DNA from: Vibrio vulnificus CMCP6
GTDB taxonomy: Bacteria > Pseudomonadota > Gammaproteobacteria > Enterobacterales > Vibrionaceae
Direction: 5' to 3'
Assembly (NCBI RefSeq): GCF_000039765.1
Contig: NC_004459.3
Span: forward strand, 2,181,127-2,213,126
DNA: 32,000 bases
Shown piece after piece: positions 9,515-17,525 of this stretch. The notes below the pieces were generated by a model, which saw nothing but the letters and a program-made list of their open reading frames with translations, was not told the origin of the DNA and searched no databases. Both the position numbers and the translations under genes were made by a program. Position 1 is the first letter of the stretch; every line of letters begins with the position of its first letter.

Positions 9515-10798
9515 ATGGGAAACATGGGTGGTGTTAACCACATGCTTCGTTTAATCAGCCAAGCAAAGGACACATTAACGCATGTTTTTGAAAATGGCAC
9601 GATACGTGAAACTCATGAAAACGCTAATGACCTACGTAAATTAAAAGAAGCCCGTGTCGTTATCGTGACAAGCCGCGGCTACCGTGTGCACCCTAAGATG
9701 GAAGCGCTGATGAACTATTTCCTTGAAACGGAAGCGAGTTCATTTCTTGGGACACAACATGCTGAGCGCATTCCAGAAATTCAGAGCTTAACGCAAGAAT
9801 ACCTGGAAGCTAAATTAAATGGCAAAAGAGAACAAGAGGCGGATAGGTTTAATAGCCTTGAAGGTGTCGTTTATGAAATCACAATGGACTTGCAAGAGTC
9901 TTGTCGTCGTTTAAGAAATCGTATCAGTTATGACTTTGGTTATGGCCATACGCTCACTCAGAAACAAAAAGAGAACCAAGTTGCTATAGAGCAAGCTGAA
10001 AAGCTTGTTACTGGCATGAAAGCTTTCTCTTTTAAGTTGTTGAGTGAAATGGCTGGAGATAACTCAGAGCTCAACACCTTGTTTTGTGCTGAAATGCACA
10101 GTGCGATTCGTAGTTGCCAACAAGAGCTCGGGTCTATCCTAATTCAACTTCGAGCTTTGATGCTGAAATATCGTAACCGCGAGCGAGATAAGGATCTGAT
10201 CAATGCCTTTGATCGGTTTATTGATCAAGAGCCACACTGGACCCCAAGTGACGATTTGATTTTGCCTGATGAGGTAGCAAAGCACGATGGTATACCGATG
10301 TTTTGGCTTTCAGAGCCTATACAATTTGCGCATCACCCAAATCCTGATGATTTGGACCAAGAGCCGGAATTGGCCGATATTGTTGAAAAAATTACGACAC
10401 AGCCTTCCGAACAAGAAGATCTTCCTGTTGTTGAAGAAGCTGAGCGCCGAAAATTGACACTTGATGTTGAAATACAAGAGTTGATTGAAGCGGACATTGA
10501 TTCTCATTGCGATAGCTTTTTTGCTGAAGCCTTTATTGGCAAGGGAAAAACCAGTATTTCCGCTTTGGAATATTACGAGAAAATCAATAATGATTTGCCG
10601 GAAGATCTTGACCCGCTCACTTGTGCTAAAGACGTGTGGCTATTTAGCGTGCTTAATTTCCATAGTTCAATGCTTCCCGAAGATAGCAAAGGCTTTACCG
10701 TTGAGCCTATCGGGTCTTATACCTATTTAGCAAAAGGTAGCAATATAGGTTACGGAAACCTTCACTTAGAAGATGTGTCTATAGCGAGGAAACTGTGA
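9515..10798 (+). CDS. Kleisin-like subunit (MukF/MksF/JetA-like)
   Basis: 427 aa alpha-helical protein with N-terminal winged-helix-like segment (LRLISQAKDTLTHVFENG…ARVVIVTSRGYRVHPKMEALMNYFL) in a condensin-like operon. Assignment rests largely on context. Confidence 0.55.
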   Translation: MGNMGGVNHMLRLISQAKDTLTHVFENGTIRETHENANDLRKLKEARVVIVTSRGYRVHPKMEALMNYFLETEASSFLGTQHAERIPEIQSLTQEYLEAKLNGKREQEADRFNSLEGVVYEITMDLQESCRRLRNRISYDFGYGHTLTQKQKENQVAIEQAEKLVTGMKAFSFKLLSEMAGDNSELNTLFCAEMHSAIRSCQQELGSILIQLRALMLKYRNRERDKDLINAFDRFIDQEPHWTPSDDLILPDEVAKHDGIPMFWLSEPIQFAHHPNPDDLDQEPELADIVEKITTQPSEQEDLPVVEEAERRKLTLDVEIQELIEADIDSHCDSFFAEAFIGKGKTSISALEYYEKINNDLPEDLDPLTCAKDVWLFSVLNFHSSMLPEDSKGFTVEPIGSYTYLAKGSNIGYGNLHLEDVSIARKL

Positions 10799-11688
10799 GT
10801 AGAATTATTGATGATCTAACTGGTAGTGATTTAAATCGGCTAAAACAACTTTTCTCTCCAGCAAAGGTTAATAAAGGTGCCAATGTAGCGCTAAGTGGCG
10901 TGTTTGATACTTTTCACCGTGATTTTAGCGTTGGGATCGCCAGAGGTGAAAATTTGCAACTGACGCCTAGAGATATGCGTCAAATTAGGAAGGTGATTAA
11001 AGAACAATCAGGCTTTGATCTTTTAACTGACCCTATCCCGAACTCTCGAACGGAGATGGCTCAGTTCTTTCCAAACGAGAAGCTAAGCTTAAGGCCTGTC
11101 AAAGACAAGATCATTAAAATTTATGGGATTTTGTCCACGAACATAAATGGCAAATCATATGACTTAGAAAAAGGCATGAACATTGAAATAGCTCTAAGTC
11201 ATTTGAAGAGCATTGAGCACAGCCAAGTTGTGATTGTTGAAAACTATGAGGCGTTTTCTAAGTTTAGACTGGTACCAGCCGACTTGGGGCCTAACCCACT
11301 TATCGTTTACCGGGGAGATAAGGACACTGGAGTAATATCAAAAGAAATTGCATTGGCTTTTCCAGACATAGAGCTTATAGCTTGGTTTGACACCGATCCT
11401 CAAGGTATTGCTTTAGCTTTATCATCGGGAGCGGTTTATATGCTGCTTCCACATTTATCAATAGATACTCTTAAAGAACTTGGGCGCTCAGAGTTATTTA
11501 CGGATCAATACCAAAACTGGAATCGAGTCTCAAAGCTTATCCCTCCTGAGTTAGAGTTCATAATGTCTAAGTTGGAGAAAGGGATCACCCAAGAATCAAT
11601 TGTGGCAAACAGAATAGTCCTGAAACTGCATCAATTTCAGTTATGTGGAGAGTCTGGAGGCCAAATCGAGGAATGCCTAAAGCCGTGA
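10795..11688 (+). CDS. TOPRIM-domain nuclease-like protein (JetD/MksG-like)
   Basis: GTG start overlaps the preceding TGA (GTGA). Contains a TOPRIM-like conserved Glu segment QVVIVENYEAFSKF and a DxD-G segment ELIAWFDTDPQGIALAL, arranged as in Wadjet JetD. Confidence 0.65.
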   Translation: MSRIIDDLTGSDLNRLKQLFSPAKVNKGANVALSGVFDTFHRDFSVGIARGENLQLTPRDMRQIRKVIKEQSGFDLLTDPIPNSRTEMAQFFPNEKLSLRPVKDKIIKIYGILSTNINGKSYDLEKGMNIEIALSHLKSIEHSQVVIVENYEAFSKFRLVPADLGPNPLIVYRGDKDTGVISKEIALAFPDIELIAWFDTDPQGIALALSSGAVYMLLPHLSIDTLKELGRSELFTDQYQNWNRVSKLIPPELEFIMSKLEKGITQESIVANRIVLKLHQFQLCGESGGQIEECLKP

Positions 11689-11757
11689 CACTGGAGTTTA
11701 GATTTAAATGATGTTTGCGTCAGATTAGGCTTGTCTGATGCATGCGAGTCTCTCTCC

Positions 11758-11796
11758 CCACATTCTTGAAGAAAGACATCCTAGGATGTCTTTTTT
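11758..11796 (+). repeat. Right copy of tRNA-Ser 3'-end/terminator repeat (attR-like)
   Basis: CCACATTCTTGAAGAAAGACatcctaggatgtcTTTTTT versus 2915-2953 CCACATTCTTGAAGAAAGACgtcctaggacgtcTTTTTT. The two differences are compensatory and preserve the stem. Confidence 0.8.
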
Positions 11797-11916
11797 ATAT
11801 AAGATTACTAAAAATCAATAAGTTACTTTGGTAATCCCTCCGAATTTGTCCAACCAAATCCACTGTTTCAAGTAATACCCACGCTGTTTTTCTGATGCAT
11901 ACGATAATGAATGATG

Positions 11917-14823
11917 TTACTGCGTAATAACCTTTTTCAGCCTCGCAAATGTCTTCATCGAGTCATTGGCAGGCATTAGCTCGTAATCTGGGTTGTTCGC
12001 TTTTAGCCAGTAGCGCCCTTGTGCATCCTTCTGCACGACACGTAGTAGGTACTGATTCTCGCCCGAGCTATCTTGGATTTCGATAGCCATGGTGTTGCCT
12101 GTGATGGAGCCAGCGGATATTGGCGTCACAAACTCGAGTAACAGCAAATCGCCATCTAAAATGGGTGTCTTGCCACCGTTCATCGAATTGCCAGAGGCGC
12201 TGGCCAAGAAATGTTTTTGAGGATTGAGGTTAGCCATATCAACGGGGATGTGTTCAACCTCTTCGTGAGATCCAGTCTTAAAATGACCACAAGCGATCTT
12301 AAGGTTTGGGTAGTAGGGCAACAAGGTTCCTTCATTGGCTGCCTCTGCTGGAGTGGTCGGTTGTGCCACTGTTTGATGAGTCTGTTTAGGTTGCCTGTCT
12401 GAATACTGAGCAAGTTGTAGGTCCACGAGCTCTTTGACAAAGTCATGGAATGCTTGCTGCTGGAGTGGGGCGACATCAAAGTCAGCTTTGAGCTTTCCGT
12501 CGGCAAGCTTAAACCAAACTCGACTCTTGGTTTTGTTTCCACCTACAAATGCGTTGATAGGGTTACTAAGCCAATATTTCAACCATGCCTGAGAGTCTGC
12601 GGTTAAGCGTTGGTTGATCTCTGACAGGTCGGATGCCTTTAGCTTGGGATAACGAGACAGCACATGCCAACTTTTACTCGCGAGCACTTCGATACTCGGG
12701 GCATCTCTGAACCCATCCAGCTCGAGGTAGGCTTCAAGCAATATCGCTTTAAAACTCTTGGTCATGCTTGCTTTTTGGATGGCATTGGCAAAGAAGTCAC
12801 GATGTTCGCGAACGAGGTAATCTAACTCCGGATCCTTGTCCATACTTGCGACCAGCTCTAGCCAACTACCGTGCTGCTTGTTCACTTTGGCCAGGTCGTA
12901 ACCTGCTCGGTAATACTCGACTGCACGAGGTCGATGGCCCAAATGGTTGGTCAAATGTTCAAATTCTTCTTGAGCAGAATAGCGAAGCTGCTTTGTCAGC
13001 GTTTGCCAAAAATCGATGATTTTCGGATCGATGTTGGTAAAGCAACCTTTGCCTAATTCGGGCCGTGTTTGTGACTTATCACTCAACTGTTCGAGTGAGC
13101 TTGATGTGCTGATCCCTAAAATTTCTTTCTTGTTCAAAAACGAGCGATGGTTCCCAATGAAATCCAATACCACCAAGTGTGATTTGTCCGTGTGACGACG
13201 AAGTCCTCGGCCCAATTGTTGAATGAAAACGATGTTGGATTCAGTCGGGCGCAGCATTAGCACGGTATCGATTGAGGGTAAATCAGTCCCTTCGTTGAAC
13301 AGATCAACCGAGAAGAGAATTTGAATTTCTCCTTTATCCAGCATGCTTAACGCTTCATTACGACGAATGGAGGAATCACTGTGTACAGAAAGCGCCCTCA
13401 AGCCTTTATCTGCAAAAGTTTGATTGAAGTGCTGCGCCATAAAATCAGCGTGCTTTTTGGATACACAAAACGCCAAGGTGCGAGTTTGTTGCCTGTTTTG
13501 CCAATGTTTAAAAATATGTTTGGCACGTCGTGTGGTTGCAAACTGGGCGTCAAGGGCGGTGGGGTCAAATTTACCATTTCGCCATGGGATCTCTTGATAA
13601 TCGACCGAGTCATCCCAGATGCCGTAGTAGTGAAAAGGCACAAGAATTTCATCATTGATACCATGCACTAAGTTACGTTCAAACACTAAGTTGTCGTGGC
13701 AAAGCGAGAGGATGTTCGCTTGGTCTGTCCGTTCTGGAGTTGCTGTTAGCCCAAGTAAAAATTTAGGCTCGAAGTAACTGAGAATATTGAGATAGGTTTT
13801 GGTGCTGGCATGATGAAACTCATCTACCACGATGTAATCAAAATGGTCGGAAGCAAAGTGTTTGAGGTGTGCTGCTTTACCCAAAGTTTGCACTGAGGCA
13901 AACAGCATCTCTTTGTTTCTTTCTTTGCTCTTACCGTGATAGTAGCCTGCGGATTTTTGCGGCCAAAGTTTCGCGAAAGTCATCAGTGCTTGAGTCAGAA
14001 TTTCTTCGCGGTGAGCAACGAACAGAACTCGCTTTGCTTCCAGTTGTTTGGCATCAAACGCAGATAACCAAGTTTTCCCCATGCCAGTGCCCATCACAAC
14101 CAATCCACGCACATTTCCTTTTTGACGAGTCTCGCTGAGTCGCTGCAATGCGTCTAACTGTGCCGAGTTGGGTGAATATTCTTCGTTATCCAATAGCGTC
14201 GTATCACCGACTGCTGAAAGCTTGGGTGGTGTTCTTCTTTTGATGTAGCTGTCAATCCATTCATCCGTCAGCAATATGGCAGATGGATGATGAAACAGTT
14301 TGTCAAACTGGGTTCGGATATTGTGAAACTGCGCCGCTTGAAGGGAGTTGTCTGGTTGCTGGTAATCTAAACGTAGGCACCATTCATGGGCATCGGTGAG
14401 TGCGGTTTTACTGATGTTGTTAGAGCCAACAAAAGCAGCTCCTTGGTAAATGGAACGAGCTTCATCGCTGCGAACAAATATGTACGATTTGAGGTGAAAA
14501 CTGCGGTTATTGGTTTCAAAAATCTTAATTTCTATCTCATCTCCTTCTAGTTCGATCAGAGAACGCAACGCAATAGGATGAGTGATGTGCAGGTAATCTG
14601 ACGTTAGGATGCGCAGCTTTAAGGCCTGTTGGCGTGACTTTTTACGTTCAATCGCCTCGTGAATGCTTGGTAGAAGCAAGTCTAGACCAGAGGGTTGAAT
14701 AAAGGACACTGCAATCTCTATCTCGGTAGCATGGTTGATCGCGTGGATCAGCTGCGGCAGCAGAGGGTCTTCACCACCAGTGGTTAATAAGCTGTCTTTG
14801 ATAGTAAGCGACTGATTTGGCAT
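11917..14823 (-). CDS. DEAD/DEAH-box (SF2, ResIII-type) helicase with N-terminal PLD-like domain and C-terminal LexA/S24-like domain
   Basis: N-terminus PLD-like HLKSYIFVRS…GAAFVGSNNIS. Helicase motifs VVMGTGMGKTWL, VVDEFHHA, LLGLTATPER, LFNEGTDLP, QQLGRGLRR. Middle segment RAVEYYRAGYDL…MTKSFKAILLEAYLEL is DUF3427-like. C-terminus HFLASASGNSMNGGKTPILDGDLLLLEF is S24-like. Confidence 0.85.
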   Translation of the reverse strand: MPNQSLTIKDSLLTTGGEDPLLPQLIHAINHATEIEIAVSFIQPSGLDLLLPSIHEAIERKKSRQQALKLRILTSDYLHITHPIALRSLIELEGDEIEIKIFETNNRSFHLKSYIFVRSDEARSIYQGAAFVGSNNISKTALTDAHEWCLRLDYQQPDNSLQAAQFHNIRTQFDKLFHHPSAILLTDEWIDSYIKRRTPPKLSAVGDTTLLDNEEYSPNSAQLDALQRLSETRQKGNVRGLVVMGTGMGKTWLSAFDAKQLEAKRVLFVAHREEILTQALMTFAKLWPQKSAGYYHGKSKERNKEMLFASVQTLGKAAHLKHFASDHFDYIVVDEFHHASTKTYLNILSYFEPKFLLGLTATPERTDQANILSLCHDNLVFERNLVHGINDEILVPFHYYGIWDDSVDYQEIPWRNGKFDPTALDAQFATTRRAKHIFKHWQNRQQTRTLAFCVSKKHADFMAQHFNQTFADKGLRALSVHSDSSIRRNEALSMLDKGEIQILFSVDLFNEGTDLPSIDTVLMLRPTESNIVFIQQLGRGLRRHTDKSHLVVLDFIGNHRSFLNKKEILGISTSSSLEQLSDKSQTRPELGKGCFTNIDPKIIDFWQTLTKQLRYSAQEEFEHLTNHLGHRPRAVEYYRAGYDLAKVNKQHGSWLELVASMDKDPELDYLVREHRDFFANAIQKASMTKSFKAILLEAYLELDGFRDAPSIEVLASKSWHVLSRYPKLKASDLSEINQRLTADSQAWLKYWLSNPINAFVGGNKTKSRVWFKLADGKLKADFDVAPLQQQAFHDFVKELVDLQLAQYSDRQPKQTHQTVAQPTTPAEAANEGTLLPYYPNLKIACGHFKTGSHEEVEHIPVDMANLNPQKHFLASASGNSMNGGKTPILDGDLLLLEFVTPISAGSITGNTMAIEIQDSSGENQYLLRVVQKDAQGRYWLKANNPDYELMPANDSMKTFARLKKVITQ

Positions 14824-14837
14824 CGACTCTTTCCTAA

Positions 14838-15425
14838 CTATCGTCTAATAAGGATGGCGTTGAGCCATTGTTCCGATTCTCGACCCGGTCTTACGTCTGA
14901 CGTTACCCAAGTTTGCTTGATCGTTAAAGGTGATGTCGCGAGTGTTGTGTGTAGCTTATGCTCATCCATATCGGTAAAAAAACGTCCGTGACGTACTTGA
15001 GCCGCTTGACCATATTTGAATGAGCAGTAAAAGAGACCCTGCGGTTTTAACAATTGGCTTAGTGTGAAAAAGGTTGCTGCTAACTCTTCGTTTGGTACAT
15101 GCAGCAAAGAGGCACAAGCCCAAATGCCATCAAAGCTGTTGGGCTCGGCACGGAAGGTGTCAAACTTGGCATGGGTGACGTGTTGTTCTAAATGGCGAGA
15201 AGCCAGTTCAACCAAGGCTTGATTGGCATCGAACGCCGTCACTTTAAAGCCTAGCGCTTTGAAATGTTTGGCATCACGGCCAGAGCCACACCCCGCATCG
15301 AGAATGGCACCGTTTGGATTGAGGTGCGGCAGAAACTGGTCATACAGTTTCTGAACATCGACGCTTACGGTCGACTCGAAGAAAGATTGAGCATTCTTGG
15401 TGTAATATTGGTCGGTGATGTTCAT
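14838..15425 (-). CDS. Class I SAM-dependent methyltransferase
   Basis: Motif I ILDAGCGSGRDAKHFKALGFKVTAFDAN, motif II/III FDGIWACASLLHVPNEELAATFFTLSQLLKPQGLFYCSFK. Sits 14 bp upstream of the helicase in the same orientation. Confidence 0.85.
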   Translation of the reverse strand: MNITDQYYTKNAQSFFESTVSVDVQKLYDQFLPHLNPNGAILDAGCGSGRDAKHFKALGFKVTAFDANQALVELASRHLEQHVTHAKFDTFRAEPNSFDGIWACASLLHVPNEELAATFFTLSQLLKPQGLFYCSFKYGQAAQVRHGRFFTDMDEHKLHTTLATSPLTIKQTWVTSDVRPGRESEQWLNAILIRR

Positions 15426-15668
15426 GGAGCGGACGGCCGGTGCATTGAAAGAGACTATTTTGCACTATCTGTTCTTTTTCTTCCACGTGGTACTGCCGTT
15501 TGCGTGATATTAACCTATTGATTCTGTTTAAGAGAAGAGGTTTTGTCGCTTACATCTATGACACTAAATTAAGAAAGATGTTCATCAAAGAATATTCCTT
15601 GAACGCTACAGGTTACAGTGATTTGAAGATGCTCGTTCATTGTCAGGCTGTAGTGGTCTACTAAAATT

Positions 15669-15707
15669 GGCCGCGTTTTTAGAGTTTTCCCAAAACAGGC
15701 CTTTTTT
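15669..15707 (+). terminator. Terminator-like hairpin
   Basis: GGCCgcGTTTT…AAAACaGGCCTTTTTT. Confidence 0.5.
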
Positions 15708-15747
15708 CATATCTGCACAAAAGCAATGCATCTCTGGATTTGATTCG

Positions 15748-15778
15748 GGATGGCCTTAAATAACAGACCATCCTTTTT
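15748..15778 (+). terminator. Terminator-like hairpin
   Basis: GGATGG-N14-CCATCC followed by TTTTT. Confidence 0.5.
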
Positions 15779-15794
15779 GCATACAGCCACTTCA

Positions 15795-17126
15795 CTAAAT
15801 ATCGAGCCGCAAGTTTTCTTGTATTTCATCTATCAGTGTTTTTGGTACATCCCATTCCTCAGCAAGCTGACGCCAAGTTGATACGTGCTCAATTGTTGTA
15901 TCAATAATATCGTCGATCTTTCTCTTGTTAAAAATAGGGCTTAGTTTCTCTAAGCTATAGAAATCACTTCGTGTAAAGTTATCTCTTTTACCATTCAAGC
16001 TCATCCAATGGCTGTTCACCCATTTACTACCTGGTTTATAGCTATAGGCTAAATCATAAGCTGGTGCGAGAGACCATTTGTCTTTTTTTAGCCTGTCTTG
16101 TTTCAACATAAAGGCAAAGTTCTTTGAGTGGTCGTCATGATTTCGAGCAATGATATTGAACGTCATGCGCTTGAATAGCTGCTCAGCGTCAACAGCGGAA
16201 AGCTTCAACTGTCTGGCAATGCCAAATAACTCTGCGTATGAGAATGACCCAGGCTTTTTATAATCAATGTGGGCAAGGCCGTTTAGCGTTTGTACGTGTA
16301 CCTTGCTATTTTTAATTCGATCAAACCGCTGTGTAATAAAGTGTCGTCGATTGCCTTCATGGAGTAAGCGGCATGGCATCATATCGACACCGCATTTGTT
16401 AGCCATTAAATGATAAACAAACTCCATCGCGCCATAGCCTAATGGGTCACCGAAGGTTTCTTGATTTTTGTTATGCTCACTAACACCATCAAACTTCATC
16501 AAATAATGAGTAAACCCACTTGGCACGTTGGTTTGGCCGGAGCGGACTTGAGTAAAATCTTCATTAAATGCTAATACGGCTTTCGGTCTTGCGCCGCCCG
16601 CACTCATACCAACAGATAATAAAGACATCATTGCCTCCCTATCGTCTTGGCCATTTTGTTTGAGCTCTACTTCAAAATTACCTCGTGAATCTAAGATTTC
16701 TTGTGCAATTGAAACGAGCGATTGGATTTCTACCTGTTGTGAAGCATTTAAACTTCGTAACTTTGTCGCTGGCGCATATTCAAGAGCGCCCATGCCTCGC
16801 TTTCCCGTATATTGGAGGCGTTGCAGTGGTGTAATGTCACTCGGTGAACGGCCCTGACTTGCAACCCATGCGTTGAGAACCGCGTTACCAAAATCATCAG
16901 GTAACGAGTCAGCAATTAAACCTGGAAGTCCTTTAAAGGTATTGAAATCCAGTTCGGGAAAGCGATAGATACGATTCGATAATGGCATTTTGATTGGAGA
17001 CAGCTCGACCCCCTTTTTTACAAAGCTGGGATCATATTCAAATGACCCAAGTCCCTTTTCAGTGTCAAAACTCACAGCGCCAACGAGATCGTCTTGGTAA
17101 GTTATTGTAATGACTTCCATTACCAT
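15795..17126 (-). CDS. hipA: HipA-family serine/threonine kinase toxin
   Basis: 443 aa. HipA pattern: YTGKRGMGALEYAPA, GVSMSAGGARPKA-like (LLSVGMSAGGARPKAVLAF), THYLMKFDG, catalytic NIIARNHDDHSKNFAFML, LAPAYDLAYS. Confidence 0.93.
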   Translation of the reverse strand: MVMEVITITYQDDLVGAVSFDTEKGLGSFEYDPSFVKKGVELSPIKMPLSNRIYRFPELDFNTFKGLPGLIADSLPDDFGNAVLNAWVASQGRSPSDITPLQRLQYTGKRGMGALEYAPATKLRSLNASQQVEIQSLVSIAQEILDSRGNFEVELKQNGQDDREAMMSLLSVGMSAGGARPKAVLAFNEDFTQVRSGQTNVPSGFTHYLMKFDGVSEHNKNQETFGDPLGYGAMEFVYHLMANKCGVDMMPCRLLHEGNRRHFITQRFDRIKNSKVHVQTLNGLAHIDYKKPGSFSYAELFGIARQLKLSAVDAEQLFKRMTFNIIARNHDDHSKNFAFMLKQDRLKKDKWSLAPAYDLAYSYKPGSKWVNSHWMSLNGKRDNFTRSDFYSLEKLSPIFNKRKIDDIIDTTIEHVSTWRQLAEEWDVPKTLIDEIQENLRLDI

Positions 17127-17443
17127 TCTGGTGTTTCCTCATCTTTATTACTGCGCTGGCCAGAGGCTCTCTGCCTTTTCTTTCCTTGCAGTTTTGCCAG
17201 CTGTAAGGGAGAAATTTCTTGTTTAGGGATAAAGAGATCAATTTGTTCTGTAAGGTCTAATGCCATTAATATCGCGATCATGATATCGAGCTGCACTTTT
17301 CCTTTTTCTGCATTCAAAACTGTTTTGCGGGCAATGCCAGCAATTTCTGCAACTTCAGATTGTGTTAGGTCTCGATTGAGTCGAGCTTGCTTCAACCTAT
17401 CGCCGATCTCTTCTGCTAATGCTGCGGCTGTTACATGTTTCAC
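17120..17443 (-). CDS. hipB: HipB-family antitoxin, HTH (XRE) protein
   Basis: IGDRLKQARLNRDLTQSEVAEIAGIARKTVLNAEKGKVQLDIMIAILMALDL. 3' end overlaps the hipA start by 7 nt. Confidence 0.88.
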   Translation of the reverse strand: MKHVTAAALAEEIGDRLKQARLNRDLTQSEVAEIAGIARKTVLNAEKGKVQLDIMIAILMALDLTEQIDLFIPKQEISPLQLAKLQGKKRQRASGQRSNKDEETPEW

Positions 17444-17490
17444 TCTAAAGTCCTATTTCGGTTTCATTGTTTGTGTTTTGTCTGTGTAAT

Positions 17491-17525
17491 GTCCTTAATT
17501 TAGGACCTTATGTTGGCACTGTCAA
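17491..17525 (-). promoter_or_regulatory. hipBA promoter with overlapping inverted-repeat operator
   Basis: Minus strand: TTGACA (17525-17520) -N17- TAAATT (17502-17497). The palindrome GTCCT-taaatt-AGGAC occupies 17491-17506, overlapping the -10. Confidence 0.6.

Larger units (their letters stand above)
2915..11796. mobile_element. Putative tRNA-Ser-associated genomic island bounded by ~39-bp direct repeats (2915-2953 and 11758-11796)
   Basis: The 20-bp identity CCACATTCTTGAAGAAAGAC starts in the tRNA CCA and recurs at 11758. Both copies continue into a terminator hairpin. The enclosed DNA holds a broken defence gene and a defence-like operon. No integrase seen. Confidence 0.6.
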
